Assembly: GCA_028699255.1 (NCBI GenBank)
Contig: JAQVUX010000003.1
Coordinates: forward strand, 82,654 to 146,653
Origin: Candidatus Omnitrophota bacterium
Lineage (GTDB): Bacteria > Omnitrophota > Gorgyraeia > 2-01-FULL-45-10
Length of the DNA: 64,000 bases
Reading direction: 5' to 3'
Below the pieces are notes generated by a model. That model had not been told where the DNA came from. It saw only the letters and a program-made list of their open reading frames with translations, and made no database searches. This document shows positions 1 through 9,069 of this stretch, piece by piece (positions within the stretch are counted from its first letter, which is position 1; every line of letters begins with the position of its first letter). A program made the position numbers and the translations under genes.

Positions 1-999
1 GTGAAGAAGATACTCTTCAGGGCGGACGCAAAACCATCTATTGGCATCGGGGATCTTGTGTCGCTTATAAATCTTTCAAAGTATTTTGAGCGCGCGGGAT
101 GGCAGGCGCATTTTATCGTAAGAAATAGTAACGCATCTACGGTTCTTATAGAAAAAAACGGCTTATCGAACCACCTGGTGCTGGATAAAGATATTTCCAT
201 TAGAGAAGAAGTGGCCTTGATGAATGAATATATAGCCGCCAATCATATCGACGCTGTTATGCTCGAGATTACCGAGAGAAGCCTGGCCGATTATAGCGGC
301 ATAACGGAAAAAGCCGTCAGGGCTTGCGTGATATTCGATGCGGCAGTTCCCGAATGGGCGGATATTGCCGTAAATTGGGATGTTGACGCCGATAGCGCGC
401 TTGCCGGTAAAAAGTGTCCGTTGGCCAAGTTATTATTCGGTGTTCAGTATGTGGTTATACCTGCGAGCTTTGATTTTAACGAAATAAATAAAAGAATATA
501 CAGGAAAGAACCGGAAACTCTTTTAGTTGCCATGGGCGGCGCGGACGAATTCGATCTTACCAAAAAAGTCATTGTCAGCCTGTGCAGGAACAGGGTGGAT
601 TTAAAACTGCATGTCGTTGTCGGAAGCGGATACCGGTACCGGAGTAGCCTTGAAGACGCCCTATCGGATTATCCGGCCGAATATACGGTAAAGCAGAATG
701 TGAGCGACATGTTCGCCGAGTACATGAATTGCGATGTGGCTGTAGGCGCCGGCGGACTGACGTCATTTGAACTTATTGCGACGCGGACACCTTCTTTACT
801 TGTCGCGGCGTATGAGCATCAGAAGGCAAGATGTGTGTATTTCGACAAGATGAGGTGGGCCACTTATTTAGGATTCCGGGATTTCAACGAAAGCGTTTTT
901 TTAGAAAAACTGGAGAAGCCGGACAGGATTCCACCGAAGGGGACATACAGGACGGACGAAATAAGAAAGGCTGTGGATGAGATACTCGAAAGACATTAG
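1..999 (+). CDS. PseG-like UDP-sugar hydrolase (GT28 C-terminal-domain family, nonulosonic-acid pathway-like)
   Basis: 332 aa ORF from GTG at position 1. N-terminus MKKILFRADAKPSIGIGDL resembles the PseG N-terminus; GGAD and MurG-like C-terminal half. Confidence 0.55.
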   Translation: MKKILFRADAKPSIGIGDLVSLINLSKYFERAGWQAHFIVRNSNASTVLIEKNGLSNHLVLDKDISIREEVALMNEYIAANHIDAVMLEITERSLADYSGITEKAVRACVIFDAAVPEWADIAVNWDVDADSALAGKKCPLAKLLFGVQYVVIPASFDFNEINKRIYRKEPETLLVAMGGADEFDLTKKVIVSLCRNRVDLKLHVVVGSGYRYRSSLEDALSDYPAEYTVKQNVSDMFAEYMNCDVAVGAGGLTSFELIATRTPSLLVAAYEHQKARCVYFDKMRWATYLGFRDFNESVFLEKLEKPDRIPPKGTYRTDEIRKAVDEILERH

Positions 1000-1744
1000 A
1001 TTAAAAATAGGAGACGCCACGCTCTCTTTCAGATATTTGGCATGGGATACGGACTTCTTCGGTAAAAAATCTTTTATCCTGGATTTGGACGGACCATGCT
1101 TAGATATCTCCGATAAAATGGCGGACACTGCCGCCTCTTCGTTAAAAAATTATTTTGTCACGGCAAAGGTCTGCTCGTCTTGCGGTAAAGGTATCGTGAA
1201 TTTTTTGCAGAAGGCGGGTTTTAAATATATAGATACGGAAGTTATCCTTAAATATCAGTCTTTGCGACAGATGTCCGCTAAGGTCGACGAAAAGGTTGGC
1301 AATATCAGGGTTGTGGAGTTAAAAGATAATAAGAACTTGCCATATGAAGAGCTGGGGGCATCATTCACAAAGACCAGATTCCATAACGATGTGAATATTC
1401 CGCCGGATAAGGCGGATCGTTTATGGATAAACTACCTGAGGAATTATAAAGTAACGCCGCTAAGGCATATATTTGCCGTAACCGTAGGCGCCAGGGTGGG
1501 CGGCGTTATTCTTGTTAATGAGAATAAAAATCCGCGAAAAGCGGTACTGTCGTTCGTAGCCGTTCTGAACGATTTTCGCAATACGGGGATAGGCTCGAAG
1601 CTGATAGGATATGTTGCAAAAAAGTTTAAGACTATGGATATTTTTACGGAAACACAGGTTAGCAACAAAGCGGCGCTGAATTTTTATATGAAGAATGGGT
1701 TTTCCAGGATGGAAGGCGTAAAAACAATATTACATAGGTGGTGA
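977..1744 (+). CDS. GNAT-family N-acetyltransferase (PseH/WecD-like sugar N-acetyltransferase)
   Basis: 255 aa. C-terminal GNAT core (NTGIGSKLIGYV..., acetyl-CoA-binding-like motif). Confidence 0.55.
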   Translation: MRYSKDIRLKIGDATLSFRYLAWDTDFFGKKSFILDLDGPCLDISDKMADTAASSLKNYFVTAKVCSSCGKGIVNFLQKAGFKYIDTEVILKYQSLRQMSAKVDEKVGNIRVVELKDNKNLPYEELGASFTKTRFHNDVNIPPDKADRLWINYLRNYKVTPLRHIFAVTVGARVGGVILVNENKNPRKAVLSFVAVLNDFRNTGIGSKLIGYVAKKFKTMDIFTETQVSNKAALNFYMKNGFSRMEGVKTILHRW

Positions 1745-1745
1745 T

Positions 1746-2411
1746 ATGAAACATTTAGTATTGGCGGCTCATCCGGATGATGAGGTATTGGGTTGCGGCG
1801 GTACGATAGCAAAGCGTATCAAAGAAGGTGATGAAGTAACGGTGGCGATTCTGACGGATGGCGCTGTTACGCGCTACAAGAAAGGCATGGCCAAGGTTCT
1901 TAAGGCGAACACGACGGAATGCGCAAAGGCGCTGGGTGTTTCAAGGATCATTTTTAAAAATCTGCCCAATCAGCTTCTCGACGCTATGCCGATAACGAAA
2001 GTGATAAAAGAGATAGAGGGGATAATAAAAGAAACCGCGCCGGATATGGTTTATACGCATGATAAAGGGGATCTCAATCGTGATCATGTTGTTGTTTATG
2101 AAGCAACGCTTGTTGCGGCAAGGCCGTTACCCGGCGGTAAAATAAAGGGGCTCTTCACGTATTTTGTGCCGTCGTCGAGCGAATATAACGATGTTGACGA
2201 AAAAAGCGTTTTTATACCCAACGTATTCGTGGAGATAAACCAGACCATAGATAAGAAGATAAAAGCTTTTACGTATTATAAAAGCGAAGTCAGGCCGTAT
2301 CCTCATCCAAGATCACCCGAGGCTTTGCGGGTATATGCTAAGCGATGGGGAATACAGGCCGGGGTCGAATACGCAGAAGCGTTCCGGTTGATACGGGGGG
2401 TAGAAAGTTAA
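1746..2411 (+). CDS. PIG-L/LmbE family N-acetylsugar deacetylase
   Basis: 221 aa. N-terminal AHPDDE motif typical of PIG-L/LmbE deacetylases. Confidence 0.7.
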   Translation: MKHLVLAAHPDDEVLGCGGTIAKRIKEGDEVTVAILTDGAVTRYKKGMAKVLKANTTECAKALGVSRIIFKNLPNQLLDAMPITKVIKEIEGIIKETAPDMVYTHDKGDLNRDHVVVYEATLVAARPLPGGKIKGLFTYFVPSSSEYNDVDEKSVFIPNVFVEINQTIDKKIKAFTYYKSEVRPYPHPRSPEALRVYAKRWGIQAGVEYAEAFRLIRGVES

Positions 2412-2414
2412 CCT

Positions 2415-3413
2415 ATGCTGGATGGCGTGATGGAAGATTTCATACCAATCGATATTAAAGAGATGCGCCCACCTGGCTTTTTTAAAAAAGTGGTGCAGGA
2501 TAACGCTATCTGCGTGGATAATGTATCGCGCGGAAAAGGGTGGCGTTCGGTTACGAGTTGCCCGCTCTGCGGAAGCGGAGTAAGGCAGATCGTCTTTGGC
2601 CGGCTCGATGTAAATATAGTCAGGTGCGGCGGGTGCGGTTGCGGCTACACGGATAAGTTCCCGATCGACACGGCGGATGTTTACAGCGATAACAGCTATA
2701 TAGGGCTCGCCCGGAGCGGATATCTTGACAATGTCGAATACAGGAAGAAGAGATTTGCCGCAGAGCGTTTAGGACTGATCGAGAAGTATGCCGCTACAGA
2801 GCCGGGATCTTCGCGGCTATTGGATGTCGGATGCGGCACGGGATGGTTCCTTGAGGCGGCAAGAGAGAGGGGATACGATATCGCAGGACAGGAATTAGGT
2901 AAAGGCCTGGCAAAATTCACGTCCGAAAAATTGAATATAAAAGTTTGGGATGTTCCGCTATCGGAAAAACCGGATGTCTCCGGGTTCGATGTTATTACAT
3001 TATTCGATGTGATAGAGCATATACCGGACCCGAAGAACATGGTGCGCAATATCCGTAAGCTTTTAAAGCCGGGCGGTATTGCGATGATATATACCCCGAA
3101 CTTCGATTCGCTGGCATTCCGGTATATGAAGGAAAAATCGAATCTTGTTATGCCGGCGGAGCACCTTTTTTATTTTACGCCTTCTTCCCTGCGGGCTATT
3201 CTGGAAGAGAATAATTTGGAAGTGATATATTTCGCGACAAAGGGTATGGATATACCGGATATCTATGCATATCTTCGCGATGAGGCGAAGGACATCGAGG
3301 CGTCTGAATTTTTATACCGCAATTGCGATATGTTGCAGGCTGTCATAGACAAGGCGGGATGCGCCAATCACATGAGATTCATAGTCAGACGAGGGAGAGA
3401 ACAGCGCATATGA
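2415..3413 (+). CDS. Class I SAM-dependent methyltransferase with N-terminal Cys4 zinc ribbon (paralogue 1 of 3)
   Basis: 332 aa. CPLCGSG...CGGCG zinc ribbon, then LDVGCGTGWF motif I and EHIPDP...LKPGG motif. Confidence 0.7.
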   Translation: MLDGVMEDFIPIDIKEMRPPGFFKKVVQDNAICVDNVSRGKGWRSVTSCPLCGSGVRQIVFGRLDVNIVRCGGCGCGYTDKFPIDTADVYSDNSYIGLARSGYLDNVEYRKKRFAAERLGLIEKYAATEPGSSRLLDVGCGTGWFLEAARERGYDIAGQELGKGLAKFTSEKLNIKVWDVPLSEKPDVSGFDVITLFDVIEHIPDPKNMVRNIRKLLKPGGIAMIYTPNFDSLAFRYMKEKSNLVMPAEHLFYFTPSSLRAILEENNLEVIYFATKGMDIPDIYAYLRDEAKDIEASEFLYRNCDMLQAVIDKAGCANHMRFIVRRGREQRI

Positions 3414-4330
3414 AGATAGTTTTTATCGGTAGTGTTGAGATAGGATTGAAATGCCTCCGGCAGGTTGTGCGGGATAAGTGGAAAGTTGCCGCTGTATTTA
3501 CTTTGGCGAAAAAATATGCGCGCACGACGTCGGGCTATGTGGATTTTTCACCGTTTGCTAAAAAGGCCGGGATCAAAGTATTTAAAATAAAGAACGTGAA
3601 TGATCCGGTCAATGTTGGAAGAATTCGCAAGATAAACCCCGACCTTATTATCATATGCGGGTGCCAAAGCTTAGTGAGCAAAGAGATATTGGATATTCCA
3701 GGGTCGGGGACGGTAGGATTTCACTCGTCGCTTTTACCGAAATACAGGGGCCGTGCGCCGGTAAACTGGGCGATCATAAAAGGGGAGACAAAAACCGGGA
3801 TTACTATGTTTTACTGCTGTCCGGACCCTGACGCGGGCGACATTATCGCGCAGAAGAGTTTTCCTATAATGATCACAGATACCTGCAGGACGGTCTATGG
3901 TAAATCGGCCGGCGCCGCCTGTGAATTATTGCACGGGTATCTTTCAAAGATAAAAGACGGAACGGTAAAGCGGAAAAAGAATATATCAAATAGATATCCT
4001 TTATGGCCCAAAAGAAGGCCGGAGGATGGCCGAATCGACTGGAGTAAGGATTCGCTTGTGATACATAATTGGATCCGCGCGCTGACGCGGCCTTACCCGG
4101 GCGCCTTTACGTATAGCGGAGAGAAAAAATATTTCATATGGCGCTCGCGTTTCTCGAGACAGAAGAGGTGTGGGCCTGGCAGGCCCGGCGAGATAATAAA
4201 GGTAACGGGAAGAAGTGATAACCGGTCGTTCCTCGTTAAAACCGGGAAGGGCGATATATGGATATCGGATGTAATATATGAAAATGGCAGAGCAGTTCAA
4301 GACCTTTCTGTCGGGAGCAAATTTTCGTGA
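3410..4330 (+). CDS. Formyltransferase-family protein (sugar N-formyltransferase, Fmt/ArnA-N-like)
   Basis: Start at ATG 3410 (ATGA overlap with upstream stop). HSSLLPKYRGRAPVNWAII motif of the formyl_transf N-domain plus a C-terminal domain. Confidence 0.7.
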   Translation: MKIVFIGSVEIGLKCLRQVVRDKWKVAAVFTLAKKYARTTSGYVDFSPFAKKAGIKVFKIKNVNDPVNVGRIRKINPDLIIICGCQSLVSKEILDIPGSGTVGFHSSLLPKYRGRAPVNWAIIKGETKTGITMFYCCPDPDAGDIIAQKSFPIMITDTCRTVYGKSAGAACELLHGYLSKIKDGTVKRKKNISNRYPLWPKRRPEDGRIDWSKDSLVIHNWIRALTRPYPGAFTYSGEKKYFIWRSRFSRQKRCGPGRPGEIIKVTGRSDNRSFLVKTGKGDIWISDVIYENGRAVQDLSVGSKFS

Positions 4331-4340
4331 ATAAAGGCGT

Positions 4341-4964
4341 ATGCGTATAAATATAGCGATAATAGATTACGGGATGGGAAACTTAAGATCCGTCGTCAAT
4401 GCGTTCAATGTTCTCGGCCATTCTCCGGTCATTGTAAAAGATCCGGGGGATATTCGTAAAGCCGACCGGATCGTATTGCCGGGAGTAGGCGCATTCGGCG
4501 ATGCCATGCGGAACCTGCGCGATGCCGGATGGGTCGAAGTGATGGAAGAAGAGGTGCTGGGTAAAGAGAAACCCTTTTTAGGCATATGCCTCGGTATGCA
4601 ACTATTGGCGACTTTCGGCACCGAGCATGGCAAATGTTCCGGGTTGAACTGGATCCCGGGTAAAGTGATCCGTCTCGGCGAGGGGAAGCCCGGGCTTCGT
4701 GTCCCCCACATAGGCTGGAACGATGTGAGGGTTATAAAAAAAGAAGGCTTGTATGCCGGCCTTCCGGATCCGCAGTCCTTCTATTTTTTGCATAGTTATG
4801 TTCTTGTGCCGGATGATAAAGACATCGTAAGCGGTATCTGCGACTATGAAGGCGATTTTGTTGCCAGTATAAAATTGAAGAATATCTCGGCGATACAATT
4901 CCATCCGGAAAAAAGCCATAAGGCAGGGCTTAAAGTGCTCATGAATTTTCTGAGCGGAAATTGA
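4341..4964 (+). CDS. hisH: Imidazole glycerol phosphate synthase glutamine-amidotransferase subunit HisH-like (WbuY-like, glycan context)
   Basis: 207 aa. GICLGMQLL catalytic Cys, HIGWN, FHPEKS class-I GATase triad motifs. Confidence 0.8.
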   Translation: MRINIAIIDYGMGNLRSVVNAFNVLGHSPVIVKDPGDIRKADRIVLPGVGAFGDAMRNLRDAGWVEVMEEEVLGKEKPFLGICLGMQLLATFGTEHGKCSGLNWIPGKVIRLGEGKPGLRVPHIGWNDVRVIKKEGLYAGLPDPQSFYFLHSYVLVPDDKDIVSGICDYEGDFVASIKLKNISAIQFHPEKSHKAGLKVLMNFLSGN

Positions 4965-4971
4965 TAAGATT

Positions 4972-5760
4972 ATGTTAAAAAAACGGTTGATACCGGTTCT
5001 TTTATTGCAAAACGGGATGCTTGTTCGCAGTGAGGCTTTTAGTATACATCAGATAATCGGTAATCCGATAATCGAGGTACAGCGATTCAACCAATGGAAC
5101 GTGGATGAACTTATCTATTTGGATATAAGCCGATCGGATGATTACGACCTTCGTCGGGAAGATGGCAAGGTCCGCGGACTTAAAGATCCTCTCGTTATAT
5201 TGGAAGAGGTGAGCAAGACCTGCTTTATGCCTCTTACGTGGGGCGGCAGGATACGTACCATCGATGACATGAGACAACGGTTTTTAAGAGGGGCGGATAA
5301 GATAACTATCAATACCGCCGCGGTCGAGACGCCGGAATTGATTACGCAGGCCGCAAAGATTTTTGGCAGTCAGGCGGTTGTCGTATGTATAGACGCGAAG
5401 CGCTATGAGGGCGGGAGCCCGGAAGTTTTTATCGACGGCGGCCGTACTGCGACCGGGATGAGTCCCGAGGGTTGGGCTAAGAAAGCGGAAGGGTTTGGCG
5501 CCGGGGAGATATTACTCCAGAGTATAGATCGCGATGGCATGGGCAATGGTTATGACCTTGGCATGATACGCTCGGTAAGCGAAGCTGTTTCTATACCGGT
5601 CATAGCGCTGGGCGGAATCGGCGCTTACGGACAGTACGCGGACGGTATAAAAGCCGGAGCTTCCGCGGCCGCGGCGGCAAATATATGGCATTTTAAGGAA
5701 TTGTCCGACATGGGCGGGAAACGGGCCCTGTCGAAGAGCGGCGTAAATATAAGAATGTGA
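4972..5760 (+). CDS. hisF: HisF-like cyclase subunit (WbuZ-like, glycan context)
   Basis: 262 aa TIM-barrel HisF-like sequence (RLIPVLLLQNG...; GG...DRDGMGNGYDL...ALGGIG). Confidence 0.8.
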   Translation: MLKKRLIPVLLLQNGMLVRSEAFSIHQIIGNPIIEVQRFNQWNVDELIYLDISRSDDYDLRREDGKVRGLKDPLVILEEVSKTCFMPLTWGGRIRTIDDMRQRFLRGADKITINTAAVETPELITQAAKIFGSQAVVVCIDAKRYEGGSPEVFIDGGRTATGMSPEGWAKKAEGFGAGEILLQSIDRDGMGNGYDLGMIRSVSEAVSIPVIALGGIGAYGQYADGIKAGASAAAAANIWHFKELSDMGGKRALSKSGVNIRM

Positions 5761-5768
5761 GGTATAGG

Positions 5769-7001
5769 ATGAAGTTCTGTTCCAGGTGTATGTATCCTTC
5801 TATGGCGGCCACTCCGCTGACCTTTGACGACAAAGGGGTATGTTCCGGATGCAGGGTAGCGGGTCAGAAAAAAGTTATCGATTGGAAGGGGCGATTCCAG
5901 ATGTTGAAAAAACTGACGGATGAATACCGAGCCAAAAATAATTACGATATTCTTATCCCCGTAAGCGGCGGAAAAGACAGTTATTACCAGGCGCATATAG
6001 CCAGCAAAGAGCTTGGGCTGAAGGTTCTTTTGGTTACATATCACGGTAATAATTATCTTCCGGAAGGCGAATACAATCTCGCGCGGATGCGGGAACTCTT
6101 CGATTGCGATCACATAGTTGTCAAACCCGGCGTCGATGTATTGATAAAAATGAACCGCATCGGTTTCAAACTGCAGGGGGATATGAACTGGCATAATCAT
6201 TGCGGAATATTTACGGTTCCTATCCAGGAGGCGGTCAGGCATAAAGTACCTCTTATGATGTGGGGGGAACATGGGTTCATGGATATGGGTGGTATGTACT
6301 CTTACAGCGATTTTGTGGAATTTACCGCGAAGACCCGTCTTGAACACGGGTTGCGAGGATATGATTGGCACGATTTTACGGATGAAGGACTGGAGAAGCT
6401 CGGCCGCAGTGAACTCAAGGAAGGTCTAAGACCTAAAGATCTTCTGTGGGCGCAATATCCGCCTGATGAAGAGATAGCTTCCGTGGGAGTGCGCGGCATA
6501 TATTTAAGTAACTATCTCGATTGGGACGGCACGAAGAACGCCGAATTGGTAACGAAGCTATACGGGTGGAGGGCGGCACAACAACCCTTTGAGCGCACTT
6601 ACCGCAGTTTTTCAAATCTCGATGATATGCACGAGAACGGTATCCATGATTATCTGAAGTTCGTGAAATTCGGATATGGCAGGGCCAGCGATCACGCTTC
6701 CAAGGATATACGCGCAGGCGTCATGACGCGCGAAAAAGGAATAGAGATGGTGCGTAAGTACGACCATGTAAAGCCGCGGCGTGACCTGGAGCGGTGGCTT
6801 AAATATGTAAATATGACCGAAGAGGAATTTGACGCCATATGCGATACTTTCCGTGATCCGCGGGCCTGGCGCATAGAAGGCGGCCAATGGGTAAAGGACG
6901 ATATCTGGGGCGGTTCTTCCGCTTACGGGCCGGTTCATCTAAAGTGCCCCCAGAGAGCTAAATTTATGCGAGAGGAAAATTATGGCCGAACAAAAAAGTA
7001 A
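5769..7001 (+). CDS. N-acetyl sugar amidotransferase (WbuX/PseA/LfnA-like, PP-loop ATP-pyrophosphatase)
   Basis: Start ATG 5769 with GAGGT RBS. PP-loop SGGKDS. N-terminal CxxC...CSGC. Sits next to hisH/hisF paralogues. Confidence 0.7.
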   Translation: MKFCSRCMYPSMAATPLTFDDKGVCSGCRVAGQKKVIDWKGRFQMLKKLTDEYRAKNNYDILIPVSGGKDSYYQAHIASKELGLKVLLVTYHGNNYLPEGEYNLARMRELFDCDHIVVKPGVDVLIKMNRIGFKLQGDMNWHNHCGIFTVPIQEAVRHKVPLMMWGEHGFMDMGGMYSYSDFVEFTAKTRLEHGLRGYDWHDFTDEGLEKLGRSELKEGLRPKDLLWAQYPPDEEIASVGVRGIYLSNYLDWDGTKNAELVTKLYGWRAAQQPFERTYRSFSNLDDMHENGIHDYLKFVKFGYGRASDHASKDIRAGVMTREKGIEMVRKYDHVKPRRDLERWLKYVNMTEEEFDAICDTFRDPRAWRIEGGQWVKDDIWGGSSAYGPVHLKCPQRAKFMREENYGRTKK

Positions 7002-7998
7002 TATCATAAGCGAAGAAGATATAAGGCCGGAGTATTTGAAGGCGGACCAGGCAGGATTACTTGCCTCGGACATAAAGATGCTACTGTCGTACAAGAAAAA
7101 GTTTGTGAAGGTCGCGTGCCCTGCCTGCGAAAACGGTTCTTCGCGGAAGATGTTTACGAAGTATGGGCTTCAATATGTTAAGTGCGAAAAATGCGGGACG
7201 GTATATGTGAACCCCAGGCCTACGCCGGAGATACTGGAGAAGTATTACTCGGCTTCCAAGAATTATGAATATTGGAATAATTATATCTTCCCGGCTTCGG
7301 AATCAGCCAGGAGGGAAAAAATATTCAAACCCAGAGTGAAAAAGCTGGTGGAGTTCTGTAAGCGTTACGGCCTACGGCCAAAGACGCTCCTGGAAGTCGG
7401 CGCGGGTTTCGGTACCTTCTGCGAAGAGGCCGCGCGGGTGAAATTTTTCCGCAGGATCATAGCAGTAGAGCCGACGCCCGGCTTGGCCGATACTTGCAGG
7501 AAGAAAGGCATAGAAGTAATAGAGAAGCCGGTGGAGAAGATTAAGCTTAAAGGCCTTTCCGTCGATGTCGTTGCTTCCTTCGAAGTTATCGAACATCTTT
7601 TTTATCCGTCAGGTTTTTTGCGCAGTTGCGCGTCACTGCTTTCGACAGGCGGCCTTATCATTTTAACGTGCCCTAACGTCAAAGGATTCGACGTAGATGT
7701 GCTGGGTAAACTTTCGGCAACATTCGATAATGAGCATCTAAACTACTTTCACCCGGAGTCTCTCTCAAGGCTTCTTGAAAGATCCGGTTTCGATGTTGTG
7801 GATATAGCGACACCCGGCAGGCTCGATGCTGAGCTTGTTAGGAAGGCGGCGCTTGGCGGGAAGATAGATCTATCGGGAAGACCTTTCCTTAAGCGCGTAC
7901 TCCTCGATCGATGGGATGAGGCGGGCCGTTCATTCCAGGATTTCCTGGCGGATAATCTGCTATCTTCGCATATGTGGATAGTAGGACGAAAAAAATGA
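6982..7998 (+). CDS. Class I SAM-dependent methyltransferase with N-terminal Cys4 zinc ribbon (paralogue 2 of 3)
   Basis: 338 aa. CPACENG...CEKCG, LEVGAGFGTF motif I, EVIEHLFYP, LSTGGLIILTCPN. Confidence 0.7.
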   Translation: MAEQKSNIISEEDIRPEYLKADQAGLLASDIKMLLSYKKKFVKVACPACENGSSRKMFTKYGLQYVKCEKCGTVYVNPRPTPEILEKYYSASKNYEYWNNYIFPASESARREKIFKPRVKKLVEFCKRYGLRPKTLLEVGAGFGTFCEEAARVKFFRRIIAVEPTPGLADTCRKKGIEVIEKPVEKIKLKGLSVDVVASFEVIEHLFYPSGFLRSCASLLSTGGLIILTCPNVKGFDVDVLGKLSATFDNEHLNYFHPESLSRLLERSGFDVVDIATPGRLDAELVRKAALGGKIDLSGRPFLKRVLLDRWDEAGRSFQDFLADNLLSSHMWIVGRKK

Positions 7999-8022
7999 CG
8001 CATTTAACCTTCGAGGCATAGC

Positions 8023-9066
8023 ATGAAAGAATTGGTTAAAAGGAAAGATTCGATAGACCACTTAAAACATTTCGGGAAAAAAGATTCAAATCTCTTTATA
8101 CACGATTCCTATATTGAAAGCGGGCATCCCGAAAGGGCGAAAAAGTTTCTCGAATACAGAAAACTTTGGGAAAGCGTGAGCGAGGGCAGTAAGACGCCGG
8201 ACTTCCCGTATTTTGTGACATTCAGTTTCAGCGATTCATGTAATTTGTCATGCGCGCACTGCTACAGAACATTTAATAAGGATAAGACGGAGAGACATTT
8301 ACTGGAATACGACGAAGCCGTACGGCTTATAGATGAATGCAAAAAGATAGGTGTATATTCTATAGGGATAGGCAGTGAAAGCGAAGTATTTGTATATAAG
8401 CGGATAGCGGATGTGATGAAGCGGATATCTGAAAATAAGTTTGAAGACACGTGGGTATATACGAACGGTACGCTTTTGAACGATGAACGCATTGATCTCA
8501 TATTGGATAGTGATGTAACGCGCCTCAGTATATCGGTCGACGCTGTAACCGGCGAGACTTACAGGAAAACCAGGGGCGGAGACTTTAATAAATTGATGTC
8601 GAACATATTCAATTTTCTCGACAAAAGAGAAAAACGTAGAACGAAACTACCGGTTCTCAGGGTGACCGCCGTAAAATATAACCTAACCGAACCCGAGATA
8701 GGCTTATTCGTAGACTTTTGGAGCAAAATAGCGGATGAAGTCGATGTACAGCCGCTTATCGATATAAAAAACATAGACGAATTGCGATATGACAAGATCG
8801 AAAAAATAAACTGCATATATCCCAAGAGGATGCTGTATATCACCTGGAACGGGGATTACAAGCCGTGCTGTTCCGAATTCTGTAAGCACCTGACGATAGG
8901 GAATATCAGGGATATGAGTATACTGGATGCATGGAATTCGGAATATATGCGCGACCTGAGGTTGCAATTGTGCGGGGAAAAACCCCTTAATAAGGCCTGC
9001 CTTAATTGCCTCAGATCCCTGCATAGTACTGAAAAGTATGAACCGTTAACTTTGAAGGAAAAATAG
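8023..9066 (+). CDS. Radical SAM protein with SPASM-like C-terminal Cys cluster
   Basis: 347 aa. CNLSCAHC (CxxxCxxC). C-terminal CCSEFC...CLNC Cys-rich region. Confidence 0.75.
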   Translation: MKELVKRKDSIDHLKHFGKKDSNLFIHDSYIESGHPERAKKFLEYRKLWESVSEGSKTPDFPYFVTFSFSDSCNLSCAHCYRTFNKDKTERHLLEYDEAVRLIDECKKIGVYSIGIGSESEVFVYKRIADVMKRISENKFEDTWVYTNGTLLNDERIDLILDSDVTRLSISVDAVTGETYRKTRGGDFNKLMSNIFNFLDKREKRRTKLPVLRVTAVKYNLTEPEIGLFVDFWSKIADEVDVQPLIDIKNIDELRYDKIEKINCIYPKRMLYITWNGDYKPCCSEFCKHLTIGNIRDMSILDAWNSEYMRDLRLQLCGEKPLNKACLNCLRSLHSTEKYEPLTLKEK

Positions 9067-9069
9067 ATA

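Noticed and set aside
2415-3409. N-terminal extensions given by the ORF track (for example 3323, 14784, 19233, 25376, 37250, 40789, 52325 starts)
   Set aside because: The upstream in-frame Met/Val codons lie inside the preceding gene. Downstream starts with RBS and ATGA/GTGA overlap match family N-termini (MKIVFIG, MKYTVLVPVYNE, RILITGGAG and so on).
5625-6371. Minus-strand ORFs of 200-330 aa (5625-6371, 36248-37228, 44566-45537, 46501-47163, 61510-62280, 62756-63601 and others)
   Set aside because: Each lies antisense to a well-supported + strand gene. The translations are low-complexity and Arg/Ser/Pro-rich, with no motifs. They are shadow ORFs of GC-rich codon-position bias.
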